DNA from: Sulfurovum sp. UBA12169
GTDB taxonomy: Bacteria > Campylobacterota > Campylobacteria > Campylobacterales > Sulfurovaceae
Length of the DNA: 64,000 nt
NCBI GenBank assembly: GCA_002742845.1
Contig: DLUH01000002.1
Span: 56,848-120,847 of the forward strand
Reading direction: 5' to 3'
Below, one piece after another: positions 18,495 to 26,518 of the stretch. The position numbers and the translations under genes were made by a program. How positions within the stretch are numbered: position 1 is the stretch's first letter; every line of letters begins with the position of its first letter. The notes under the pieces are model-generated. The model saw only the letters and a list, made by a program, of their open reading frames with translations. It had not been told where the DNA came from and made no database searches.

Positions 18495-19682
18495 ATGAAT
18501 TACTTAAAGACACTTAAGCATCCCGTTGTCGGGAGACTCTCTTTTATCCAGTTGATCTCCTATTTTGGTACCTGGTTTTCACAGGTTGCCATCTTTTCTA
18601 TGCTTGTCGGATTTGGTGCAGATGAGATCACTATTGCCATAACTGCAGCAGCGAGCATGCTTCCTGCAGTTATTTTGGCTCCACTTACCGGCATTATAAT
18701 TGACAGGATAGACTTTAAGAAACTCATGTTCCTGCTTTTGATTGTAGAGATAGTTATGACACTTTGTTTTATGGCCATTAACTCGCTGGAGTATGTCTGG
18801 ATTTTAATGCTGCTGATCTTTACACGTTCTGCCGCAGCCTCCATGCTTTTTTCTGCCGAGATGACTCTTTTTTCCAAAATTCTTGAAGGCAAAATGCTTA
18901 AAAATACCAATGAAATCCATTCTATCATCTGGTCTTTCTGTTATGCTTCGGGTATGGCTGTAGGGGGATTGACAACACACCTTATGGGGCACGACACAGC
19001 TTTTTTAATAGACGCCACACTCTATCTTTTTGCTATCTTTCTGCTTTCTGGACTCAAATTGTCTTTAATAAAAATCGTACACTTTGATTCAAATTGGACT
19101 ATGTTCAAAAAAGGGTTTTACTATCTGATCACCCAAAAAAAAATTCTTCATCTCATCTTTCTCCATGCCTCTTTAGGACTGACAAGCTTTGATGCGCTTG
19201 TAACACTGCTGGCCGATCTAAGATACAAAGAGATTATTGCAGTTCCTCTTGCTATAGGATGGATCAATGCCACAAGAGCCGCGGCACTTATCGTAGGGCC
19301 TTTTTTTATCGGAAAATGGATCAGCAAAGACACTCTACACTATTTTTTTATCTTGCAAAGTTTAGGCATTATGCTTTGGGCATTGTTTGAATTTCACTTT
19401 TATCTTAGTCTTGCAGGCATGTTTGTTACAGGTTTTTTTACAACTACACTTTGGTCTTATACCTATCTTCTCATTCAAGAAGAAACAGAAAAACCTTTTT
19501 TGGGGCGCATCATCTCTTATAATGATATGTTTTTCATGCTCTCGAACGTACTTACTGCGCTTTTTATAGGATACAGCGCTAAATGGGGACTCTCTCTTGA
19601 AATCATAACAGTGACTTTGGGATGCGGATTTGTACTGACTGCAGCGTATTATCTTTGGTTCAAAAAGCGGTATTTACAATAG
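18495..19682 (+). CDS. MFS transporter
   Basis: About 12 hydrophobic segments, with a motif-A-like GIIIDRIDFKK. Confidence 0.9.
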   Translation: MNYLKTLKHPVVGRLSFIQLISYFGTWFSQVAIFSMLVGFGADEITIAITAAASMLPAVILAPLTGIIIDRIDFKKLMFLLLIVEIVMTLCFMAINSLEYVWILMLLIFTRSAAASMLFSAEMTLFSKILEGKMLKNTNEIHSIIWSFCYASGMAVGGLTTHLMGHDTAFLIDATLYLFAIFLLSGLKLSLIKIVHFDSNWTMFKKGFYYLITQKKILHLIFLHASLGLTSFDALVTLLADLRYKEIIAVPLAIGWINATRAAALIVGPFFIGKWISKDTLHYFFILQSLGIMLWALFEFHFYLSLAGMFVTGFFTTTLWSYTYLLIQEETEKPFLGRIISYNDMFFMLSNVLTALFIGYSAKWGLSLEIITVTLGCGFVLTAAYYLWFKKRYLQ

Positions 19683-19872
19683 ATTTTTTTAAACAATCAG
19701 AGGTCAACGCCTAACAAATAATGGATTTTTTATTATTGCGAACCCAAACTTTACGATTTAATCAAAAGTTTTAATTATTTCTTTTACCTTTGGCAGTATT
19801 GTGCCATTTCTTGACGAGGTATTTATCATATTTATGTTAATATTCTAAAAATTTACTACGGAGAAACAAAAT

Positions 19873-20391
19873 ATGGATATTTCAAAAATCGGTCATGGCG
19901 AGAACCCCAATGCAGTCAAAGCAATCATCGAAGTGCCGCTTAACTCAAATATCAAATATGAAATCGACAAAGATTCCGGAGCCGTAGAGGTTGATAGAAT
20001 CCTTTACTCCGCAATGCACTATCCGGCAAATTACGGTTTCGTACCTAATACGCTTTCAGATGATGGTGATCCGGCAGACATATTGGTACTTTGTGATTAT
20101 CCGCTTCAAGCCGGCGCAGTCATCAAATGCAGACTTGTGGGCGTACTTATGACTGAAGACGAAAGCGGCGGTGATGAAAAATTGCTAGCCGTTCCTACAA
20201 CAAAGATCGATCCTACCTATGCCAACATTAATGATCTTGCAGATGTGCCAAAACATACACTTAACCGCATCAAAAATTTCTTTGAAACATATAAAATGCT
20301 TGAGCCAAACAAATGGGTAAAAGTAGCCGGCTTCAAAGACAAAGCAGAAGCAGAAGCTATTCTTGCAAAAGCGATCAAAAACTACAAATAA
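19873..20391 (+). CDS. ppa: Inorganic pyrophosphatase (family I)
   Basis: KYEIDK, YPANYGF, DGDPAD and DEKLLAVP. Confidence 0.98.
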   Translation: MDISKIGHGENPNAVKAIIEVPLNSNIKYEIDKDSGAVEVDRILYSAMHYPANYGFVPNTLSDDGDPADILVLCDYPLQAGAVIKCRLVGVLMTEDESGGDEKLLAVPTTKIDPTYANINDLADVPKHTLNRIKNFFETYKMLEPNKWVKVAGFKDKAEAEAILAKAIKNYK

Positions 20392-20396
20392 TTTTA

Positions 20397-20419
20397 AAGC
20401 GAAGGCTTAGCCTTCGCTT
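20397..20419. terminator. Terminator hairpin between ppa and the convergent protease gene
   Basis: AAGCGAAGGC-tta-GCCTTCGCTT perfect inverted repeat. Confidence 0.8.
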
Positions 20420-20512
20420 ATCTGCAAAACAATTTAATATCCAAGAAACAAAAAATTATTTATTTTAGGTACTCTTGCTTGTTTATTATTATGCCAATTT
20501 AACCGATATACC

Positions 20513-20947
20513 TTACACGATAAGTGAAAAATAACATAAATTATAAAACATATGCAAAAAAATACTGCATACTATATGGTTGTATCGATCCTTAAAATAA
20601 CCAAACAGCAAAGAGGGCACAAAGGTCAACAATGCAAAGAAAGGGGCATGATGTATCATATGCATCAACACAAAAAGCACAGAAGTTAAAATATTGGCAA
20701 TCGAAAAAATAAAAAAAGAGGGAAGCTGTTTTGTTTTTTCATGCAGATATTCTTGGGTGATGCCTCTAAAAACAAGCTCCTCTACGACGGGATAAAAAAA
20801 GACAAGGGAAAAAAGAGATTTCATATCAAAGAAAAGCCAAAATACATCAACAGGCTTTTCTTTCAAAACAAGTAGATAACCAAAACAAAACACAGGAGCA
20901 GCCATGAGTGCTGCTCCGTATTGTACGTGTAGTGATCGCATGAGCAT
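20513..20947 (-). CDS. mrtJ: CPBP (type II CAAX) glutamic-type intramembrane protease, MrtJ-like (JDVT-CTERM system)
   Basis: VVEELVFRG (EExxxR), LFVLMH (FxxxH) and LHMFYN (HxxxN). Lies directly downstream of a CTERM-tailed protein. Confidence 0.82.
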   Translation of the reverse strand: MLMRSLHVQYGAALMAAPVFCFGYLLVLKEKPVDVFWLFFDMKSLFSLVFFYPVVEELVFRGITQEYLHEKTKQLPSFFIFSIANILTSVLFVLMHMIHHAPFFALLTFVPSLLFGYFKDRYNHIVCSIFLHMFYNLCYFSLIV

Positions 20948-20948
20948 C

Positions 20949-22820
20949 TTATCTGATCAGTTTGCGTCTCCATGGATAGAGTACTGAAAGCGCCAATAAG
21001 ACAAAGAACATCATATCAAACTTGTCAACGTTTGGATTATAGGTACATCCACCGCCGCCGCCTGTGCTTACTTTCTCATCCATTTGGATCAGCTCCCAAC
21101 CGCCTTCGGGTTTATTGTCGGTTACATCCGTCATCAGGTTCATCGGGTTGGCCATACCCAGGTAAAAATGATCCGCATCGCTTACCATCGTTCGGATTCC
21201 ATAGCTTCCATAGTTTCCGACTCCGGTTACATCTTCTGCAACCGCCTTCTTTGTACTGCCGTCTATCCTCCACAAATCGGCACCGTTATTGACCTCATAC
21301 GACAGCAAAAAGCTCAGTTCTGATGATAAATTCATATCTCCAAGCATTTCAGTCATCAAGTAGCTCCAGTCCATCGTTCCGATATAGAGCCTCTCTTTGA
21401 AAACTTCCATTGTCCACGTATAGTTGTTAAACGTGTTGCCAAAGCCGGATTCTCCCCAGAGCGGTGCAGTTCCCATATTATTGGGTACATCAACAAATCC
21501 TTGGCCTGGAATATATCGGGGCAACATCGTTTCTCCGTACAGCAGTTCAACAGTTGCATTGCCGTCTTCGTCAATATTGCCGGCACGGAAGATAGATATC
21601 GCCCGGTGTGTTCCCAGCATCGTATCCGTCATAGCTTCTTCATCGCTTGTATTGATGTCATAGACGTTCACTGCGGCCATTGTTGCTACCATCGGTACAT
21701 GCATGGTCCCCCAGTAGAGCTGTCCATCAAATGACGCGATCGCCCCGCCTCCGTATGTTGCTGCCACTACGGGATCAGGTTCATAGTCTGAGGCTTTCCA
21801 TACTTCTGTCCACATCTCCTCTGATGCAGGCAAACCCTCACCGACAACCGGGCTCATATAGACTCCCGCTACCGAAGAACCCCCGGGCAGCTCGGAACCT
21901 GGCCAGCTTGTCACAAACAGTCTGCCTTCATGGTACGCCAGCTCCGCGCCCGAACCAGGCAGTCTCCCGACTTCTGCAAAATGAAAAGGATCCGTTGCAT
22001 CGCCTTCCCATTTCAGCACTCTTCCCGTATCGTTTTGATCACCCACGGCCGTATACAGCTCATCGCCTACTACGATCCACTTTCTGATATTGCTATACTC
22101 GGCAAATGAATGCGAACCCAAATAGGTATGGTTTGCATCATCCTTAAAGGCAAACATATTGACGCTCAAACCTCCGCCTCCAAATCCTGGCCCGGCAAAA
22201 AATACCACACCGTTATGTGTCCCGGCAGATCGTATTCCTAAGGTGGACAAGATTCTTCCGCTGGGATCTTGTTGGAGAGTAGGCGTAATATCTTCGTTGG
22301 CACCTGTTGCTTTGTTGTATCGATAGATCTTAGGCACACGCCAGTCACCCAGCCCCATTGCTCCCAACACTAAATAAGAACTTTGTCCTGTAATATTTGC
22401 CATATAGACAGGATATTGGCTTTCACTGAGTTCGCATACCCATGAGTCATTCAGCGTCGGCTCTGACTGCTGATGATAGGTGCCGTTTACCAAACACAGC
22501 GTATTGGGCGCGGTACCAAACCACACATACGCCTCGGTATTGGCAAGTCCCCACACATAGGCCTGATTGACTTTGGGCTGATAGCCACCATTTATACAGT
22601 TTTGGACATCCTGTTCATATGTCGGACCATTGGGGTTTAACGGTACATACGTTTCACCAACCCCGTTAAAACACTCATCGGGTGCTGCTTTCGCCAACAA
22701 TGCAGGCTTCAAAACCGCCGCCGAGGCAGTCGTCTGTGCCATCAGTGCCATACATCCGATCAACATACCCTTTCCTATGATCACCTTTAGCCATTTTGTT
22801 ACATTCGGATCTTTTTTCAT
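20949..22820 (-). CDS. Large secreted protein with a JDVT-CTERM-like C-terminal sorting signal
   Basis: Signal peptide ending ASA. C-terminus STGGGGGCTYNPNVDKFDMMFFVLLALSVLYPWRRKLIR. Start at 22820 behind SD AAGGGGG. Confidence 0.85.
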   Translation of the reverse strand: MKKDPNVTKWLKVIIGKGMLIGCMALMAQTTASAAVLKPALLAKAAPDECFNGVGETYVPLNPNGPTYEQDVQNCINGGYQPKVNQAYVWGLANTEAYVWFGTAPNTLCLVNGTYHQQSEPTLNDSWVCELSESQYPVYMANITGQSSYLVLGAMGLGDWRVPKIYRYNKATGANEDITPTLQQDPSGRILSTLGIRSAGTHNGVVFFAGPGFGGGGLSVNMFAFKDDANHTYLGSHSFAEYSNIRKWIVVGDELYTAVGDQNDTGRVLKWEGDATDPFHFAEVGRLPGSGAELAYHEGRLFVTSWPGSELPGGSSVAGVYMSPVVGEGLPASEEMWTEVWKASDYEPDPVVAATYGGGAIASFDGQLYWGTMHVPMVATMAAVNVYDINTSDEEAMTDTMLGTHRAISIFRAGNIDEDGNATVELLYGETMLPRYIPGQGFVDVPNNMGTAPLWGESGFGNTFNNYTWTMEVFKERLYIGTMDWSYLMTEMLGDMNLSSELSFLLSYEVNNGADLWRIDGSTKKAVAEDVTGVGNYGSYGIRTMVSDADHFYLGMANPMNLMTDVTDNKPEGGWELIQMDEKVSTGGGGGCTYNPNVDKFDMMFFVLLALSVLYPWRRKLIR

Positions 22821-22988
22821 TTTGTCCCCCTTTGGTGTTTTTACATTCTCACTATAGTACAAATAAAATTAAGCTAAGTTTATAGCAAATCTATAGTGAT
22901 ATGGGGCGACAGGCGGTGACAAATCTGAATATCCTAAAACTAAAAGAAAAAATGGGGAAAATGAGATTTCTACGGGTTTAGTTTAATG

Positions 22989-24221
22989 CTAAAGGTCGAT
23001 CTCTCTTTTGCGGTTATATAGATACCGGTCGATCCCTTCTGCGATACCTTTTGCGATAAGATCCTGATAGCGCGGTGTAAAGAGCTGTTTGCGCTCTGAG
23101 GGATGAGAGATATACCCGACCTCTACAAGTATCGAAGGCCTGCTTGCTCCCACAAGAACCCAAAACGGCGCACTTCTCACTCCCCCGTCTTTCACTCCCC
23201 CAAAACGGCTTCGGAGATTTTGGAGCATCTTGGCTTGGACATCTATGGCAAGTTTATGCGATTGAACGATTTTTGGTCCCGAAAGCACAGAATCAACAAT
23301 AACATTTTTACTTAGATTATCCGTACCTTTCAAAACGGCTTCATTTTCTCTTGCGGCAACACGCTGCGACCTTTCGTCTCTGGTATTTTGCAGAAAAAAG
23401 GTTTCAACCCCATGCAGTCTGTTTTTGGATTTCTCATTGGGCGCTGCATTGGCATGGATCGAAACAAACACTTTTGCATTTTTGATATCAGCTATTTTTG
23501 TTCGCTCCGGAAGCTTTAAGAATCGGTCGGTGGTCCGGGTCAGATAGACTGTATATCCGTGTTTTTGAAGTTCTTTGGCCAGTTTTTTGGATATCTGCAG
23601 TACCAAATCTTTCTCTTTTTTGCCTCCGCCCACAGCGCCAGAATCGTGTCCCCCGTGTCCGGCATCGATCACAACAACCTCATGACTGGAAGAACCGGAT
23701 GTGTTTTTCTTTTCAAATATAGAACCAAAAAAACCTTTTTCTTCTTTTTGAGAAGGCACACTATTTTGTTCGCGAACTATCCTCTGAGATGCCGCACCTG
23801 TTTTTTCGTGCATTGGCACGAAAGCTGCTTTTGGCAAAGGAATATGGTATGATTTTTTCGAAAGCATCGGCTGATAAGCGGTGCATGCATAAGGCTTGTT
23901 GCACTCTATAACAAGCCGCACAATATCTTTTTGATACTGTGAAATCCTCACGGTTGCACCTTGAGGGCCTTTGAGATTTTTTTGAAGATTCTTTGAAGAA
24001 AGACGTGCATTTCGAATATCAAAAACCTTTCTATAAGGTTTCTCCAGTGAGAAATAGTGTACATTGGTTTTATTGAACAAACCGCTAAAATGCAGACGAA
24101 GTTCGTCCTTTTGTATCTCCATATCCTCCAGTTTATTCACCGAACCGACAAGCAGATTTGTTCCCACAATAAAGAGAAGAAAGATTTTTAAAAACTTCAC
24201 TTTAGTCGTTTTCTCCCTCAA
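22989..24221 (-). CDS. amiA: N-acetylmuramoyl-L-alanine amidase (AMIN plus Amidase_3)
   Basis: VVIDAGHGGHDSGA, FVSIHANA, GVETF and ILVEVGYISH. Confidence 0.95.
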   Translation of the reverse strand: MREKTTKVKFLKIFLLFIVGTNLLVGSVNKLEDMEIQKDELRLHFSGLFNKTNVHYFSLEKPYRKVFDIRNARLSSKNLQKNLKGPQGATVRISQYQKDIVRLVIECNKPYACTAYQPMLSKKSYHIPLPKAAFVPMHEKTGAASQRIVREQNSVPSQKEEKGFFGSIFEKKNTSGSSSHEVVVIDAGHGGHDSGAVGGGKKEKDLVLQISKKLAKELQKHGYTVYLTRTTDRFLKLPERTKIADIKNAKVFVSIHANAAPNEKSKNRLHGVETFFLQNTRDERSQRVAARENEAVLKGTDNLSKNVIVDSVLSGPKIVQSHKLAIDVQAKMLQNLRSRFGGVKDGGVRSAPFWVLVGASRPSILVEVGYISHPSERKQLFTPRYQDLIAKGIAEGIDRYLYNRKREIDL

Positions 24222-25302
24222 CCAATTTATGCATCAGCTCTTTGACCGTGATGATCTCCTTGAGTTTATAGCCGTTTGTTCCGGTAAAAAAGAGTCCTTT
24301 TTCAATATCTCCATCATACGCATCGCTCAGTCTGTCTGCAATGCAGTATCCTACCACTTTGGCCTCCTCTCCATGATGACATGGGGCTACACAGTCGGAA
24401 ATACAGACTATTTTGGGAGCTGTTTTTTTTTCTATCATTTTGTGAAGATTGGTTTTTACCCCCCGCGCAGGATACCCCACCGGAGATTTAAACAATTGGA
24501 TATCCTCTTGTGATGCAGCGATGATAGTCTCTTTAAATTTTTGATGCGCATCACACTCTACCGTACCGATAAAACGCGTACCCATCTGCACACCGCTGGC
24601 ACCCAGCTTCATCATTTTGACAATATCGTCATGGTCCCAAATACCCCCAGCAGCAATCACAGGAAAATCACCCCAGTTTTTTGCCTCCTCTATAACAGGC
24701 GGCAAAATCGCTTCAAGCTGATTTTCCGGCAAAAAACACTCGTCATATTTAAACCCCTGATGGCCGCCGCTTAACGGTCCCTCAACGATAACAGCATCAG
24801 GCAAACGATTGTGTGTCTTTTGCCATCTTTTGCACAATATCTTCAGCGCTTTGGCCGTTGAAACAATAGGCACCAAGGCAACATCAGGAAAATCTTTGGT
24901 ACACTCCGGCAATGTCAAAGGCAGCCCTGCTCCTGTGATGATGATATTGGCACCTGCTTTACAAGAATCAATCACTACCTGTTTGTAATCATTGATTGCA
25001 TAAAGTACATTGGCTGCCAACGGTTTGTCGCCGCAAATTTTCCTTGCATTTTCAAAAATCGCATGCAATGCCTTGGAGGAATAAAAATTAGCCGTACCGA
25101 CGGGCCTGCCGTCTGCGGCTAATTTATCAGCATATATTCTATTTTTATAAACCCCTGTACCTATTGCGCTGACAACACCGAGTCCTCCTTCTTTTGAAAC
25201 AGAGCCGGCAAGCTGGTCCCAAGAAACGCCTACTCCCATGCCGCCTTGAATAATGGGGATATCAATCGTATATTTTCCTATTTTTAATGGTTTAAATGCC
25301 AT
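24202..25302 (-). CDS. fabX: Nitronate-monooxygenase-family flavoprotein, FabX-like dehydrogenase/isomerase
   Basis: IIQGGMGVG, SGGHQG, GVQMGTRF and the Cys cluster CISDCVAPC...YCI. Position between tyrS and amiA matches H. pylori FabX. Confidence 0.82.
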   Translation of the reverse strand: MAFKPLKIGKYTIDIPIIQGGMGVGVSWDQLAGSVSKEGGLGVVSAIGTGVYKNRIYADKLAADGRPVGTANFYSSKALHAIFENARKICGDKPLAANVLYAINDYKQVVIDSCKAGANIIITGAGLPLTLPECTKDFPDVALVPIVSTAKALKILCKRWQKTHNRLPDAVIVEGPLSGGHQGFKYDECFLPENQLEAILPPVIEEAKNWGDFPVIAAGGIWDHDDIVKMMKLGASGVQMGTRFIGTVECDAHQKFKETIIAASQEDIQLFKSPVGYPARGVKTNLHKMIEKKTAPKIVCISDCVAPCHHGEEAKVVGYCIADRLSDAYDGDIEKGLFFTGTNGYKLKEIITVKELMHKLVEGEND

Positions 25303-26501
25303 TAGTCTACCTTTACTTTTGCAAATTTTCTTTTCCCTACCTGCAGAATATACTCGCCGGTACTCAATATAAGCTGATCGTCGCTTATTTTTTCTTGGTT
25401 TATTCTAACAGCTCCTTGCTTAATATCTCTTCTTGCCTGTGACGTTGACGGTTCTATGCCGGCATCCACTAGTGCTTTGCATATCCAAATATTATTTTCT
25501 ACCCCCACTTCCGGGATATCTTCGGGCAACATGTTGGCCTTAAACACATTGTCAAATGCTTCTTTGGCTTCCCGGGCTGCGTCTGCGTTATAAAATCTTT
25601 CGGTCAGCTCCAAAGCCAATGCTTCTTTGACTGCTTTAGGATGAAGCGTACCTTTTTCGACATCCTCTTTCATCTGCACAATTTCTGCAAGGGATTTTGC
25701 GCTCAAAAGTTCATAGTAGCGCCACATTAGCTCATCCGATATAGAGAGTGTCTTGGCATAAATATCTTTAGGATCTTCGGCAATTCCAATGTAGTTGCCC
25801 AATGATTTGCTCATTTTGTGCACCCCGTCAAGCCCTTCAAGAATCGGCATCATAAGAACCGCTTGCTCTTTGCCTGTGTGATAGGCGCGCTGCAAATGTC
25901 TTCCCATTAGAAGATTGAATTTTTGATCCGTTCCTCCTATTTCGATATCGCTTTTAAGCTCTACGCTATCGTATCCCTGAAGAAGCGGGTATAAAAATTC
26001 GGAGATAGAGATACTTTGTCCTCCCCTATAACGCTTTTCAAAATCATCACGCTCCAGCATTCTCGCCACATTAAACAGTGTTGCCAGCCCCACGAGTCCG
26101 CCGGCTCCCAGAGTATCAAGCCATTTCGAGTTAAATACCACATCGGTTTTAGAAGGATCAAGCACATTAAATACCTGATCCTGATAGGTCTTTGCATTTG
26201 CCATAATCGTTTCTTTATCAAGTACTTTTCTCGTTTCGCTTTTGCCCGTGGGATCACCAATGGTTGCAGTAAAATCGCCTATGAGCAATTGAACTCTTGC
26301 TCCATGATTTTGAAATATTCTAAGTTTTTGAAGCAATACCGTATGTCCCAGATGCAAATCTGCTCCCGTAGGATCAAAACCCGCTTTAACCGTGTAGGTT
26401 GTGCCATCTTCATAATATTTTCGAACCAATACTTCAATACGCTCTATATCTATAATTTCTGCTGTTCCTCTGCGTATCTCTTCTAATGCTTTTGCTACCA
26501 T
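25302..26501 (-). CDS. tyrS: Tyrosine--tRNA ligase
   Basis: GFDPTGADLHLGH, GGTDQKFN, KMSKS and a C-terminal S4 domain. Confidence 0.98.
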   Translation of the reverse strand: MVAKALEEIRRGTAEIIDIERIEVLVRKYYEDGTTYTVKAGFDPTGADLHLGHTVLLQKLRIFQNHGARVQLLIGDFTATIGDPTGKSETRKVLDKETIMANAKTYQDQVFNVLDPSKTDVVFNSKWLDTLGAGGLVGLATLFNVARMLERDDFEKRYRGGQSISISEFLYPLLQGYDSVELKSDIEIGGTDQKFNLLMGRHLQRAYHTGKEQAVLMMPILEGLDGVHKMSKSLGNYIGIAEDPKDIYAKTLSISDELMWRYYELLSAKSLAEIVQMKEDVEKGTLHPKAVKEALALELTERFYNADAAREAKEAFDNVFKANMLPEDIPEVGVENNIWICKALVDAGIEPSTSQARRDIKQGAVRINQEKISDDQLILSTGEYILQVGKRKFAKVKVD

Positions 26502-26518
26502 TGCCCTTCCTGTTTATA

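Noticed and set aside
20972-22857. Several plus-strand ORFs over the CTERM cargo gene
   Set aside because: These are expected from stop-codon depletion in GC-rich DNA and show no protein features.
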